64,000 nt of DNA from Octopus sinensis (Eukaryota): assembly GCF_006345805.1 (NCBI RefSeq), contig NC_043004.1, positions 44,330,001-44,394,000 on the forward strand. The letters run 5' to 3'. A program made the translations under genes and the position numbers. Every line of letters begins with the position of its first letter. Positions within the stretch are counted from its first letter, which is position 1. Below are positions 1-13,828 of the stretch, in pieces. The notes below the pieces were generated by a model. That model saw only the letters and a list, made by a program, of their open reading frames with translations, did no database searches and was not told the origin of the DNA.

Positions 1-187
1 GGCTTATACTTTCTCTCTTCTCAGAGCATATTCTACACTGCGGTGAGTCAGTGTTTTTATCAATGTGATATTTGGAGTAGTTTGTTCAGAGAGCTTGTTC
101 TTGAGCGCTGCACACTAACGCATCAGTGGACCCTTTTAAGTCTCCTTCCTGCAGCCATTGCCAGGTTCTATTCCAACCAATCTCATC
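1..187 (-). mobile_element. R4/Dong-like (RLE-type) non-LTR retrotransposon, C-terminal fragment running off the window start
   Basis: Manual minus-strand translation: DEIGWNRTWQWLQEGDLKGSTDALVCSAQEQAL*TNYSKYHIDKNTDSPQCRICSEKRESIS. This matches the W.WL..G.LK..T.ALI.AAQEQAL.TN...IDK....CR.C segment that leads into the zinc knuckle. One in-frame stop. Confidence 0.8.
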
Positions 188-1569
188 TTTATTCTTCAAG
201 AACTGACTTATTATTTTAATCATTATTGTTATTCATCTTATTATTATAATTATAAAGCAGAAACCTGAGTGAATAGTTAACAGCCTGGGCAAAATTCTTA
301 GCGCACTTTTTTCCTCATTACGCTGTGAATTTAAATTACCGCCGTGGTCGACTTCACATTGCATCCTTTAGCGATCGATGAATTAAGTACCAGTTGAACA
401 ATGGTGTTAATGTAATTGACAAAATGTCAACCCCAAAATTTCGGGCATTATGATTATACTAGAATGGATTAAAATTTTTATTATCATTTTTGTTGTTGTT
501 GTTGTTGTTGTTGCCATTGTTGTTTTGCTGTCGAGATAGAGAATGTACCTGCTCTAAAGTGTAAAGTGATGTTTGAGGGAGAATCAACAACAATCTTTAG
601 TTGTTTAGGCAAGCAAATGCAGACATCTGTCGTTTTTTTTTACTTAGACTTACTAATATATCCGTCTATATATTGCTATTAAATAAAACTTGTATCTATA
701 CATGTAGAAATTTCGTCAAAATGAATGTTTTTGCCATTTACCATTTACACACGTTGTACTTGGCAAATCCATATACATGCAAATTCAAAACAATTGTAGT
801 CAGGACTACGGTAATTGTTGAAGGATTAAACTCAACAGGCTTATTTGTCACTGACAGCTTCACGGTGACAAAGGGAAAATGGATGGGCAAATTAAGGAAG
901 GAATAAGATGTTACGTTATAGTTTCAGCATCATTAACGAAGTATTAAAAAAATGATGAAATATTGCAAACGGAAACCAATGAAAATGTCACGTAATACGA
1001 CATTAGATGGATATTAGAAAGCTACTCAAAGATTATTGGCAGTTCTCAATGCAAAAAGAATTAAATAGGAAAAAGAAACGGGATTTCCTGAAGCGTAGGG
1101 ACATAAAATATATTAAGGAAACATAGAAAAAGAAAATTCAAACGAAATGGAATGCTCCTTTGAAATATCAACTGATGTTAATGCAGCTGCACGTACAAAT
1201 AGGATATAAAGTTAAAGAATAAAAACCCGAAAACAACAGCACACTAATACACGCCCATACGCAAGCGCACAAACGGGGAATGCATACTCGTAAAAACAGA
1301 CAGAGGAATGGAAAAGCACGCTCATACACCATTATACATAAATATTTATGTGCATATATATATAGATATGGACACAAATATATATACGCACACATGCACA
1401 CACACATATATATACATATATATATATATGCGTATATGTGTATGTATGTGAGTTTGTGTGTGTATATATAAATGCATATATATATATTTAAATCCGTATA
1501 TGTCTGTGAGTGGGTGTGTTTGCATATATGCATCCAAAATCTTCATTTATATATATATATATATGACTC

Positions 1570-1890
1570 CAGTACCTATTTTTAAGCCTAGTAATTATTC
1601 TATCGACCTCTTTTTTCGAACCACTAAGTTATGGGGACGTAAACTCACAAACACTGTTCGCAAAAGCGTTGATGGGGGATAGACAAAAGCAGGCGTGCAC
1701 ACACACACACACACATACACAGACACATATACCAGGAGCTTCTTTCACTTTCCGTCTAGCAAATCACAAGGATTTGGTCGGCCAGAGACTATTGTAGAAG
1801 ACAATTGCCCAAGGTATCATGCAGTAGGATTGAATCAGGAATCGTGCTGTTTGGAAACAAGCTTCTTACCAAACACACATGCCTGCGCCT
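1570..1890 (-). mobile_element. tRNA-derived SINE family A, degraded copy
   Basis: Shares gacacttgcccaagg / ggatttggt / agtacttattctatcg blocks with the copies at 23950 and 44083. Confidence 0.75.
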
Positions 1891-2587
1891 ACTTGCATAT
1901 GATATACATAAAAATATATAATCCCTGACGGTTCGAAATTATAGCACAAAGCCAGGGATTTTGGAGTGCGGCTTTGAGCATTGCATTGGTCCAAGTGCTT
2001 AACTGGTTTTCCAAAAGAACGGAAGTCAAAGCTGTCCTCGGCAGAATTTGAACGCAAAAAATAAAGATGGACGTAATTACACTACCTATGTTACCCCAGT
2101 GCTAACGATTCTGCCATTTCACACATTATTGTGTATGTGTATATGTGTGTGTGTGTGTATGTGTGGGAGAGAGAGAGAGAGAGAGAGTGTGTGAGTGTGT
2201 GACAGTCAGGGAGAGTAACGATAATTAGGTATTTACAAATATGCATACATAACGAAGTGTGTGACGTAAAAATAGACACTGAAAGTCTATAGTATTGTTG
2301 ACGGAAATTTGGTTGTTTGTTGCTAACAGAGGGCTGGCACTGATGATCCCATGCAGGGCGAAATTACCCGGTCCGGTGGCCGGAACAGACTGCCCTTGTC
2401 TTTAAACACCTAAAAACAAGCGTGCTTTGATTCACATTGAGTCCATACGAGATGTTATCTCGATGTAAATAACGAAGTAATCTATGTTCTAATATTACAT
2501 CCAAGATAAATTCGTTATCAAGATTGCTTTTTTGAAGTAATACTGCTACAGCGGCAATTAATGATGTATATATATATATATATACTC

Positions 2588-2868
2588 TCTTTACTCCCTT
2601 TTACCTGTTTCAGTCATTTGACTGCGGCCATGCTGGAGCACCGGCTTTAATCGAGCAACTCGACCCCGGGACTTATTCTTTGTAAGCCCAGTACTTATTC
2701 TATCGGTCTCTTTTTGACGAACCGCTAAGTGACGGGGACATAAACACACCAGCATCGGTTGTCAAGCAATGCTAGTAGAAGACACTTGCCCAAGGTGCTA
2801 CGCAGTGGGGCTGAACCCGGAACCATGTGGTTGATAAACAAGCTACTTACCACACAGCCACTCCTGTA
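2588..2868 (-). mobile_element. SINE family A, internally deleted copy
   Basis: tttcagtcatttgactgcggccatgctggagcacc ... gacacttgcccaaggtgc ... cacacagccactcctg. Confidence 0.85.
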
Positions 2869-2921
2869 TATATGTATATATATTTATATATTTATATTTA
2901 TATATGTATATATATATATAT

Positions 2922-3195
2922 TATGATTTAGGGTATCAAAGAGATACTACCACGCTGGAACTAGCAGCCAAAACTTGACTCTAAAACCACATTAAATATA
3001 TATATACAGCACCAGCTCCTGGTGCGGTATGAACATTTAATGTGGTTTTAGAGTCAATTTTTTGCTGCTACTTCCAGCATGTTTGTATCTCTATGATACC
3101 TTAAATTATAATTTTAATAATAATTATTAACTTTGAAGGTTTGTATTCCCATGCAGGCCACTTGATAAGATCGATATTTAAATAAAGATCTTATC
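2922..3195. repeat. Head-to-head inverted pair of a dispersed repeat (same family as 40920-41090)
   Basis: 2922-2997 is the reverse complement of 3035-3110. The reverse complement of 3035-3195 aligns to ~40935-41085 (aaatatcgatcttatcaagtggcc.gcatgggaatacaaaccttcaaa...). Confidence 0.8.
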
Positions 3196-3249
3196 TTTAT
3201 TTACATATATATATATATATATCGAAGTCGTGTACACACTCACACACAC

Positions 3250-3335
<86 letters not shown>

Positions 3336-3388
3336 CATACGAATTCGCAAACATTCTCTCATATTACACACGCACACAGACACAGGGA

Positions 3389-3426
<38 letters not shown>

Positions 3427-3467
3427 ATACTGCTGAAGCCACTTTCTGTACCTACACCTTAGAATCA

Positions 3468-3737
3468 TCATGGCATCTGAAGTGGCCTTTTTAAACCAGG
3501 CAACGTTTTGAAAAGACACCCACATAGATTGCATATCCGATTTGGACGGCCTAGAGCTGCAGATAATTTCTGATCTTTGTGGATCTTAAAATGTCTTTTG
3601 AGGCCTCCGTTAGATTTGCAGACCTTCTGGCATATATTGCATTGAAAGGTGTGCACAGACCTATAGGCAGAATAGTTTTTGGGAGGTTTGTTTATCATGG
3701 TTTCGCAAATGAGATGAGCCCAGCAGAAGAAAGGCAT
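3468..3737 (-). pseudogene. C2H2 zinc-finger fragment (two fingers plus a frameshifted third), probably the 3' end of a LINE ORF
   Basis: FQCNICQKVCKSNGGLKRHFKIH and CNLCGCLFKTLPGLKR. The upstream frames give RPCLSSAGL/SHLRNH. No TGEKP linkers. Confidence 0.55.
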
Positions 3738-3931
3738 GGTCTGTCACTAACACACACACACACACACATATATATGTATATAGAATTAAATACTATATAT
3801 AAATACGGGAATTTGGCGCGCTAGAACTACCGCATTTGAATATAACTGTGAATATAATAGGCCGAACTACTTGTATCTTTGACCTCGTGTTAATATCTGG
3901 CGTACAGTTCGACAAATTATATTTTATGACG

Positions 3932-4010
3932 AACCTCACTGATGATCTGCAGATTAATTGTATAAGTAAAATTGCATAATTTATTAACAGTGAAACAATT
4001 GTATGGGGTT
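3932..4010 (+). ncRNA. Type I hammerhead ribozyme motif
   Basis: AACCTCA-CTGATGA-[stem II CTG..TTAAT/ATTAA..CAG]-GAAA-CAATTG-T-A-TGGGGTT. 7-bp stem I, palindromic stem III, GUA cleavage triplet after 4003. Confidence 0.7.
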
Positions 4011-4159
4011 AATCTATATTTTTGTTATTTTCCATTTGTCCTGCTCGCTTACAATCATGGTGTGCTAAATTTTTCTTGAGAACAATTCTTAGTGGCTGAG
4101 ACTCATGCGGATCTCTTTTTAGCGTAAGAGCGTCCACATAGTGGATTCTCTCTCATATT

Positions 4160-4226
<67 letters not shown>

Positions 4227-7200
4227 CGGGAGTGCGTGGGGGATGGAGAGGGAGAATTAAATAGACTCGGTGGCATGCTGGTAGCTATTTAACCGTACTC
4301 AAACACACAATCTCGCAATTGTAGTCTTCTAAGATAAGTAGAAAAAGAAATAGACAAATATAAGAGTTTAGGACAAATGTCAAAAGTACTATCAACGATT
4401 AAATAAGCTCTCTTCGGGGGAAGCATAGCGCTTCTACAGTATCTTGTTATGTTTGTGTGTGTGTGTGTGTGTGGTGTGTGTGACTGTGTCTGTGTGTCTG
4501 TGTATGTGTGTGCCTGTGTCTGTGTGCCTGTGTTTGTGTGAGAATATTTGCGAATTCGTATGTTATCATCTTCCATACGTATGGTGGTGCATCTAAGAGA
4601 AGCGTAATGTAGTATGGGCTCTGATAGAAATAAAAGCAGAATGAGTAATACTTTTTGGGAACTGCAAGTGAATTTAAAAGATATAAACCACGAATAAAAT
4701 GGTTTAAAACCTCTTCTTTGATCTGGTCTTCAATGAAATATCATATTCGCCTAAATATGCTAATGGTAAAGAAAAAAATTATACGAAACCATTTTAGCTC
4801 CAACAAGTGGAACATTTGGTATAAAGCAAGTAAAAGTTCGTAAGGACCTTTATGAATAACATTGAGAATAGCCTTCGTATATTTGTTTCTTTTCATGTCT
4901 CTTTCTCTTGCTTTCTATCGGATATTTCCTTAATATTTCAAACTATACATTTTTATTAATTTCTACGAAAAAGAAATGCATTTTCATTATTTTTGTTCTT
5001 TCGTGACTTCAATATTTAATATCTTCTGCAAAATAGGGACCGAAAAATAGTTGTATAGCCCTCCCTACTCCCGTTCCACTCACACACACACACACACACG
5101 CACATACGGATATACATATATGCTTGTATGTCCATGTAAAAGTATATTTATAAATGTATGTGCGTATACGTGCCTATTTGCTTATGTATTCTACATACAT
5201 ATTCAAATGTATTAGTACATGCATTTATACATATATACATACACACACACACACATACACGCACACACACACTCACTCACTCACACACACACACACACAC
5301 ATACATATATATATATATTATATATATATATATATATATAAAGTGAGAGGTGGGGAGAGACAGACAGACAGGCAGCGAGAGGCAGAGAAAAGCAAGCCTA
5401 AACCATACACACACAGTTTATTGCACATATATGATGTTGTGTTTATGTGTGTCTGTATAATGTATATATTCATTTTCACAGGAATATGTGCCCCAGTAAC
5501 TTCGAGAGTCATATTTGTACCTTTCGTCGAAACGTATGACGTATGTTAATAAGCTTAAACGTCGAAGTTACTCACGAAATTTTCTTTGACAAATAACAAA
5601 TATAATTTCGTATAGTATGTTATTGACTGTTACTCGAATTTCATGTTTGATTGTTTATATGCATCTATGTGTGCGTGTGTGAGTGAGTGTGTATATATTG
5701 ATGTATATATGCATATACATTTTAATATTAATAAACTCGGTAAATATATACAAATGCACTCTCGTACACATATGTGTTTGAGTCTGTATATACATGCATT
5801 GCACACGTGTGTATATGGGCGTACGCATTGCACAAACACACATGCGCATACACACACAAATATGTACACATACACTAACACGTGGACTCTATCTCTCTCA
5901 AAGACACGCTCATACATACACGCTCAAGCACACATATGTATGTATGTACTTGCGTATGTACTTGCCTAAATATTTGTAGAAATAAACAAACATGGGTATA
6001 ATCAATTACATTGCCCTTAGTATTTAACTGGTATGTGTGTTATTGTATCTTTAATGCTAAAAGCAAAGTCAACATCGGTGTGATGTCCAGAGAAGATTTG
6101 ACATGATAATAATTTTCTATAATTTTATATTATGCTTTGTAACAATTGCGCAATTTTGATGAGAATTTATACAGATTTTTAATACACATACTAGGTCATA
6201 CTTATTAGAAGACGATGCCATTTCGTGACTGGTAATTTGATTCGATATCATGAAATAAATAAATAGAAAGTCAAATCCTGTACCTTTTTATTTAATAATA
6301 GTATTTGTTAATAATAGTATTGTTAACCAGTTTATCAATGCCAAAAGTAAGAAATGTGGATTTGATTTTAGCATATTTTAAAATCAGGATGTGAGGAAAC
6401 CTGTCAAAGCCCTGTAAAATCACTCTGCTAATACCCAACAAATTCCGCCACTGATCTTAACTATAATAAGAAATATGCATAAAAAATACTACAAAGCCAA
6501 CAATTTTGATAAAAACACATAATTAATTTAAATTTGTTTAATTGTTTGAATCGTATTTCCTTTATAAGCTACGGATTGATGAGAAACATTTGGAAACAGC
6601 GGAAGTTTAGCTTAAATGGTATTTCTATAATTCTTGCACTACCAAAATATTTCTGCTCGTTTTACACTTCGCACTGTACAAACATGTATTATTTGTAGAG
6701 AATATAAAATGTCACATTCATTCTTTTCAAAAGTAGATACTGTGAAAGACAGAGTATGAAACTGAAATGTAATACATGCCTGTTGGATGTACGAATACAC
6801 ACAGACACACACGATATCTCGGAATCTCATATAGGCATATCCTCATAAACAAATACCCATTTACGAATGAACGTACGCGTGTAGGTAACGTCATATAACA
6901 ACGGGGTTTCTTTTAAATATATTTTTATAGCTACTGTCAGGTGCTAGCAAAAAAGATTTTATCAATACGCTTCTCTTTTATTTATGATATCTGCTTTAAT
7001 TTTTTTTATGTGAAATATCAAAAGCATACACGTTTCGTTGTTTCTCTTCTATAAAGCATTAAAGTGAATGCATATGACAGAATCAAGTTTAATATTTCCA
7101 GTAAAAAGTTTATTATATCATTGGATTGGTTCGACACACCTGTGAATATATTGAATGGTAAGCCTGGAGTCACTAGATTGGTAGTTATTTTGGAATGAGA

Positions 7201-7714
7201 TTAAAATATTGTTTTATTTATCTAATTTTATTTCATTTTACTTTATTTTGCTCCGTTTTTGTAGTTATGAAATACTTGCGTTTCTTTTTTTTTTTTTTGA
7301 ATTTTCAAAATAATATTCTTTCATAAAACGAAATTTAGAAAATTAATAAATTTAATTTCACCTTGCTCACTTTCACATTTTCTACTTTTGAAAACATCTC
7401 TGCTAGTTGAGTATATCCATTATGAAAATTGGTTCTTTAAAACGTACTTATATCACTATGAACCTATCTGCAGACAAACATACACTTGAATGCATATATG
7501 TGTATATACATACAAACATATAAATATATATATATATATGGTTGTGCGCATTGCACATACACTCGCACGCACGTACACACATGCGCATACACACAAAAAT
7601 ATGTACGCATACACTAACAATAAAGGCGGTGCTCCAGCATGGCCACAGTCAAATGACTGATACAAGTAAAAGAATAAAAGAGGGAAAGTTTTTATATATA
7701 CATAGACATATGTG

Positions 7715-7753
<39 letters not shown>

Positions 7754-7757
7754 TATC

Positions 7758-7791
<34 letters not shown>

Positions 7792-8873
7792 ATTATATAT
7801 ATTATATATATATATATATACGTGTATGTGTGTGAGTGTGTGTGTAAATATATAATTTACTGTTCTGTTTAGCTATAATAACCAAAAAGTATTCCATTCA
7901 ATGAGAAATGAATATAATTTAAAGTTCACCGTATGAAAATAAGAGGTAGCAATAGTCTTTCGTGATTAAGGCATGTGGTTGGGTAGAGTTTATAATGTGC
8001 CTTGTTTGTCCATCAATTCTAAGGCTCTGAGCACATGTTTTACCCTGTTTGAAAATTAGGTACATAAGAACACGCGGGGAAATAAACGATATTTCCCGTA
8101 CCAGCGTATTCATTTCCCCATAGAACAAACCATGTACCTATAACCCGGAGATAGCTTGGAGACACAAGGAGCGTCATAAAACCTGCCCCGCCACATGTCT
8201 TAACAGGAAGAAACTTTTAGGAGTGCTTGTTTTGATAGAATGTACATTAAATTATGCGTGCGCTCGTTTGTGCTTCTACTGGTATACATACAGGAACGTT
8301 TGTTCAGTCTACTGGATAAGATATGTACTCTTATTTTGCAGGTTACGTTCTTATATTTTTCTTATTTTATTTCTGCTCTGGCAAATGTTTGTTTCATTAT
8401 GCTAATTCTTTGTGAATTCATTTTCCAGTGTTATTTATTTTCCAGATAGGATAGAATGTGTTCATATTTTTGATCAATCAGTTTATTTCTGAAACTCATC
8501 GTCGTTTCTACTTCGTTTGTTTATTATTTCTCTACATATTTGTGTGTTGTTTAATTAATGAGAAGACGTCAAAAGTAGAAATATGCAAATGGAACTACCG
8601 ACTTCTGTAGTATCTTCATCTACGACTACTTCAATCACTTCTGAATATTATATGAAGACAAATGGTGAAGGAAACAGGATACATCACCTCTGAAGATCGC
8701 TAAAGATGTTGTGAAATGCTATCACAGGAAGACAGTCTCTTATTTTGTTTTTTTTGTTTGTTTCATGAGACAATAATATCAGGGCGCCCGGTTGAAATTA
8801 CTTTTTTTCCATTTTTCGGCCAGGCGTGCATGTGTATCTACGCCTATGTATATATATATATATTATAAAAAAT

Positions 8874-8904
<31 letters not shown>

Positions 8905-9136
8905 CTATATATATATATATATACATAGGCGTACATACACATTTGCACATACACATACACATAAACACACACATATATTATATATGTGTGCGTTGTGTGG
9001 TGTGTGTGTCAGTGTTCGTGCGTGTGTGTGTATATGTTTATATATATATATAATATATTATATATATTATATATATATATTTAATACATCTTTATGACGC
9101 CTAGAATATTTTTACATTATGACAAAAAAGTAAAAG

Positions 9137-9236
9137 NNNNNNNNNNNNNNNNNNNNNNNNNNNNNNNNNNNNNNNNNNNNNNNNNNNNNNNNNNNNNNNN
9201 NNNNNNNNNNNNNNNNNNNNNNNNNNNNNNNNNNNN
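9137..9236. other. Assembly gap (100 N)
   Basis: Run of exactly 100 N. Confidence 1.
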
Positions 9237-10195
9237 TTGGCATATGAAGGTGCGAATTTTGTACCCATAGCCGTGCCTTTTATCTGTCGTATGTCTTGTT
9301 GTTGAATGAGAATGTGTTTTCTTCTAGTATTAGTTGGGTGGGCTTGGGTGATAAAGTTGTCTGAAGCGTTCATCTATAAGTTCTCGTATTTTTCTATTGA
9401 TTGTTTTATAGCTTCTAGACCTAGGGTGTGTGGTATGTTTGTGTATAGATTTGTGACATCAAAGCTTGCAAGTATGGTGTTTTTCGGGACTGTATTGGAA
9501 TGTGTGTGAGGAAGTCTATGTCATCCCTTATGTAGCTTGGAATCTGTGGGCATAGAGGTTTGAGGAGTATATCTATGAAGTGGCTTAGTTGTTGTGTTGG
9601 TGCCTGGGGTCCTGCCACTATTGGTCTCATCGTGAGGTCTGCAGGTCTTTGTACTCTTATGTAGTGGTTCCTCTGTTCCTTATGGCTCTCTGTATTTCCG
9701 AGCTTTTATGAATTTTAGGTAATCCATAAAAGTTGCTTTCTTTGGTTTGTGAGTTGCATAGATAATCTTCCTCCTTATCTGTAAAGGAGTCCTGATATCA
9801 TTGACTAAAGTTCTAATTTTTCTTATTGTTGTTTTCTCCGGTGGTGTTGGTTCCTCTTTGTAATATGTCTGGTTGTTCAGTAACTCTAGTATCTTTTCTT
9901 TGTAGTAATCTGTGTCCATAATTACTATTGCTCCACCTTTGTCAGTCTTTTATAACGATTGATTTGTCATTTTTCAGTTTTTGTAGGGCTTGCTTTCTTC
10001 TCTGCGGAGATTCTGTTTGCATTTGGGTGTGAAGAGAGGAATTGGATATTGTTTCTATGTACGTGTCAAGGTGTTGTCACTTCCCTTGTAAGGGGTGAAG
10101 GGGTTTTTTTCTTATGATTGAGTTATCTTCTGTTTCTTTATTTTCAAAGAATTCATAAGGCGGAGGTAGCGGCTGAAGTTATTCTATGTCAGGTT
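9237..10195 (-). mobile_element. Inverted copy of the 5' RT half of the adjacent Penelope-like element
   Basis: The reverse complement matches ~10590-11565 (MDTDYYKEKILELLNNQ, MRPIVAGPQAP, MGTKFAPSYA) with scattered 1-2 nt indels. It is cut by the gap. Confidence 0.9.
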
Positions 10196-10547
10196 GGTTT
10201 CTATCCATTTGTATATTGTTCCATGTGTGGTGTCCCTTTAGGTGTCCAGTGTTATGTGTGGTGGTGGTTCATATTTATTTGTTCCTCTCCAAGTGTTTAT
10301 AGGTTGTGGTTGGATGTATTGTCTCGTCTTGCTGTTGGTGTGTTTGTTTTTGGGGGGTTTGGGTTGATGGTTGTCTTTCATATTGTGTATCTGTTAATTG
10401 GGGGTTCGCAGTGTAAGGAGGGGATTTTGGTTTGTGTTTGGTAGGGCTTATTTTGATGTATGGGAGTACAGTTGTTTGTGTGTTAGTTTGGTGTATCTAT
10501 TCATTTGTTTTGGTAGGTTTTTTGACTTCATAATTGATTCTTCACAT

Positions 10548-12710
10548 AGCCTCTTTTACACCTACACCCACTCCAAACCTCATAGAACTAAAACTGACAT
10601 AGATAACTTCAGCCGCTACCTCCGCCTTATGGAATTCTTTGAAAATAAAGAAACAGAAGATAACTCAATCATAAGAAAAAAATCCCACTTCACCCCTTAC
10701 AAGGGAAGTGACAAACACCTTGACACGTACATAGAAACAATATCCAAATTCCCTCTTCACACACACAAATGCAAACAGAATCTCCGCAGAGAAGAAAAGC
10801 AAGCCCTACAAAAACTGAAAAATGACAAATCAATCGTTATAAAAGAAGCTGACAAAGGTGGAGCAATAGTAATTATGGACACAGATTACTACAAAGAAAA
10901 GATACTAGAGTTACTGAACAACCAGACATATTACAAAGAGGAACCAACACCACCGGAGAAAACAACAATAAGAAAAATTAGAACTTTAGTCAATGAATAT
11001 CAGGACTCCTTTACAGATAAGGAGGAAGATTATCTATGCAACTCACAAACCAAAGAAAGCAACTTTTATGGATTACCTAAAATTCATAAAAGCTCGGAAA
11101 TACAGAGAGCCATAAAGGAACAGAGGAACCACTACATAAGAGTACAAAGACCTGCAGACCTCACGATGAGACCAATAGTGGCAGGACCCCAGGCACCACA
11201 ACACAACAACTAAGCCACTTCATAGATATACTCCTCAAACCTCTATGCCCACAGATTCCAAGCTACATAAGGGATGACATAGACTTCCTCACACACATTC
11301 CAAATACAGTCCCGAAAAACACCATACTTGCAAGCTTTGATGTCACAAATCTATACACAAACATACCACACACCCTAGGTCTAGAAGCTATAAAACAATC
11401 AATAGAAAAATACAGAGAACTTATAGATGAACGCTTCAAGACAAACTTTATCACCCAAGCCACCCAACTAATACTAGAAGAAAACACATTCTCATTCAAC
11501 AACAAGACATACCGACAGATAAAAGGCACGGCTATGGGTACAAAATTCGCCCCTTCATATGCCAACCTAGTGATGGGCTTCCTGGAGAAAAAACTATATG
11601 ACGAAATAGGGAAAGTCTTCGAACACGACTTCAGAGAAGACATCAAGAAAAAGTGGAAACGCTACTCGATGACTGTTTCATCTTTTGGAACAGATCAGAA
11701 GAGGACCTACAAACATTCCACAACATCCTCAATACGCTGCACCCATCTATCAATTTCACAATAGATACCAGCCACAACGAACTTCCTTCCTAGACATCAA
11801 CATCAAAATACACAACTCCATCGTCACAACAGACATCCACTACAAAAAAACTGACACACATCAATACTTAAATTTCCACTCCTGCCACCCATCCCACACA
11901 AAAAGAAACATCCCATATAGTATGGCACGACGAATATGTAGCATAGTAACTGATTCACAAATACGATTAATAAGACTAGATGAACTCAAAAGCTTCCCCT
12001 AGAGCAAAATACCCCCCCCTAACTATAGAAAATGGAATCACAAGAGCATTAAAACTAGACATCACACAACTCAGGACACCCAAAACAAAAAACAAAGAAA
12101 ACACTATCCCTTTTATAAACACACACAACCCTGGAGTTACCAACATCTTCCAAACCATACATTCAAACCTACCAATAGCCTTACAGAGCCCAAAATGAAA
12201 AACATATTAAACAAATATAGCATAAAAAACAGTAGACGACAGGACAAAAACCTAAAAAAACACCTAACAAGAGCGAAATTCTCTTCAGAAACTAAAACGG
12301 AATTCTTTGCAAAAGAGTGCGGAGATGGTAGATGTGGGACCTGCAGCAACCCCACCTACAAATACATAGAGAGCAACAGAGAGATAAGATTTAAAAATGG
12401 TGTCATATTCAAAGTAAATGCAGATATGAACTGCAAGACGCAGAACGTCATATACTGCATAACCTGCCCCACATGCAAGGAGAATTACGTAGAGAAACTG
12501 GTAATTCTTTGTGCCAGCGAGCCAGGATCCACCGACAACATATTCGGCAGGAAGAACTACGCAAAATACCACTAAGCACACACCTAGCTACATGTGGAGA
12601 AGGAAAATTTAAGATATTCCCTTCTACAAGTGTCCGAAGAATGACACCCCTTCAGGAGGAATATGGAAAAACATTTCATAGCTAAGTTCTCCCCCAAATT
12701 AAATGGCTGA
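10548..12710 (+). mobile_element. Penelope-like element (PLE-1): reverse transcriptase + GIY-YIG endonuclease, frameshifted in this assembly
   Basis: Motifs: FTPTP, KEADKGGAIV, FYGLPKIHK, RPIV, FDVTNLYT, AMGTKFAPSYANL, WKRY(L)DD, FLDI, YKKTDTHQYL..SCHP, and NVIYCITCPTCKENYV(G)ET (GIY-YIG). Stop at 12710. Confidence 0.93.
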
Positions 12711-13237
12711 AACTTTACTCAACATACATTGAAGGAAAATCTGTGTGTGTGTAGATGTGTGTATTGCCTGTATATACATCATATTATATTATTATCTTTA
12801 TAATTCACTTCCATCTTTACCCTTTAATTGTCACTTTAGTTTTAACTTTCCTATGACATACAACTTTCAAGATGGTATAATTTGGTTGTTCATTTGAACC
12901 GATAAAAAGGTTTTTTCAAATATTTATGTATAAGTCTGTGTGTGTGTATATATATGTGTTGGTATAAATATCAACACACAAAAATATTTTTTTCTTCTCC
13001 ACTTCCTCCTTATTTTATTTTTATTTTTATTTTTATTTTTATTTTTATTTTTTTATTTTTATTCTTTATATTTTTATTTATTCTTTATATTTTTTTATTT
13101 TATTTTTTATTTTTTGTTTTATTTTATTTTATTTTATTTTTTATTTTTTTAATTTTTTATTTTTATTATTTTATTTTTATTTTCCCTTTTCTCTTTTTGT
13201 CTCTCTCTCCTTCTCCAAACACACAGACACACACAGA

Positions 13238-13277
<40 letters not shown>

Positions 13278-13751
13278 CACACACAGACACACAGAGACAC
13301 ACACACACCTCCACAGAATGATCATAGAAAGTGTGACCCCAAATGACATTTGCCAGGCCAACCTATGCACAACACACACTCAGTGACATTGAAATGGACA
13401 GCCAAAGTTCTTATAAAACCACAGGGGGTCCAGCAGACCAACGGAAATAACATTCTTCACTCTCAGATATAAATGCGCACACACACACACACACGCACAC
13501 ACACACAACACACACCACACCACACATACACACATATTTTCTCTCTGCCTCACTTCTCCTCACCCACTACTACGAAACTATAAAAAGGTTCAAACTACCA
13601 CAACTGATTTGATTTGAAAACCCACTAGAATGGGAGCAAGCGCTAATCCGAATGATATGATATATATGTAAAAAATGTAATATATAAATAAATATCTACA
13701 AATATGAACCATCTGATCTGATTACCTCAATTTTTCAATATATTATATATA

Positions 13752-13828
<77 letters not shown>

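Noticed and set aside
2325-2400. CTGATGA-TCCC..GGGC-GAAA hammerhead-like core
   Set aside because: The core and stem II are plausible, but I could not form a convincing stem III, NUH site and stem I together. At best a decayed relic.
8680-8730. CTGAAGA..GAAA motif
   Set aside because: Stems I, II and III do not pair.
12860-12915. Possible ribozyme relic in the PLE-1 3' region (TTCAAGA-TGGT..ACC-GATA)
   Set aside because: Too many core changes and no stem III; indistinguishable from chance.
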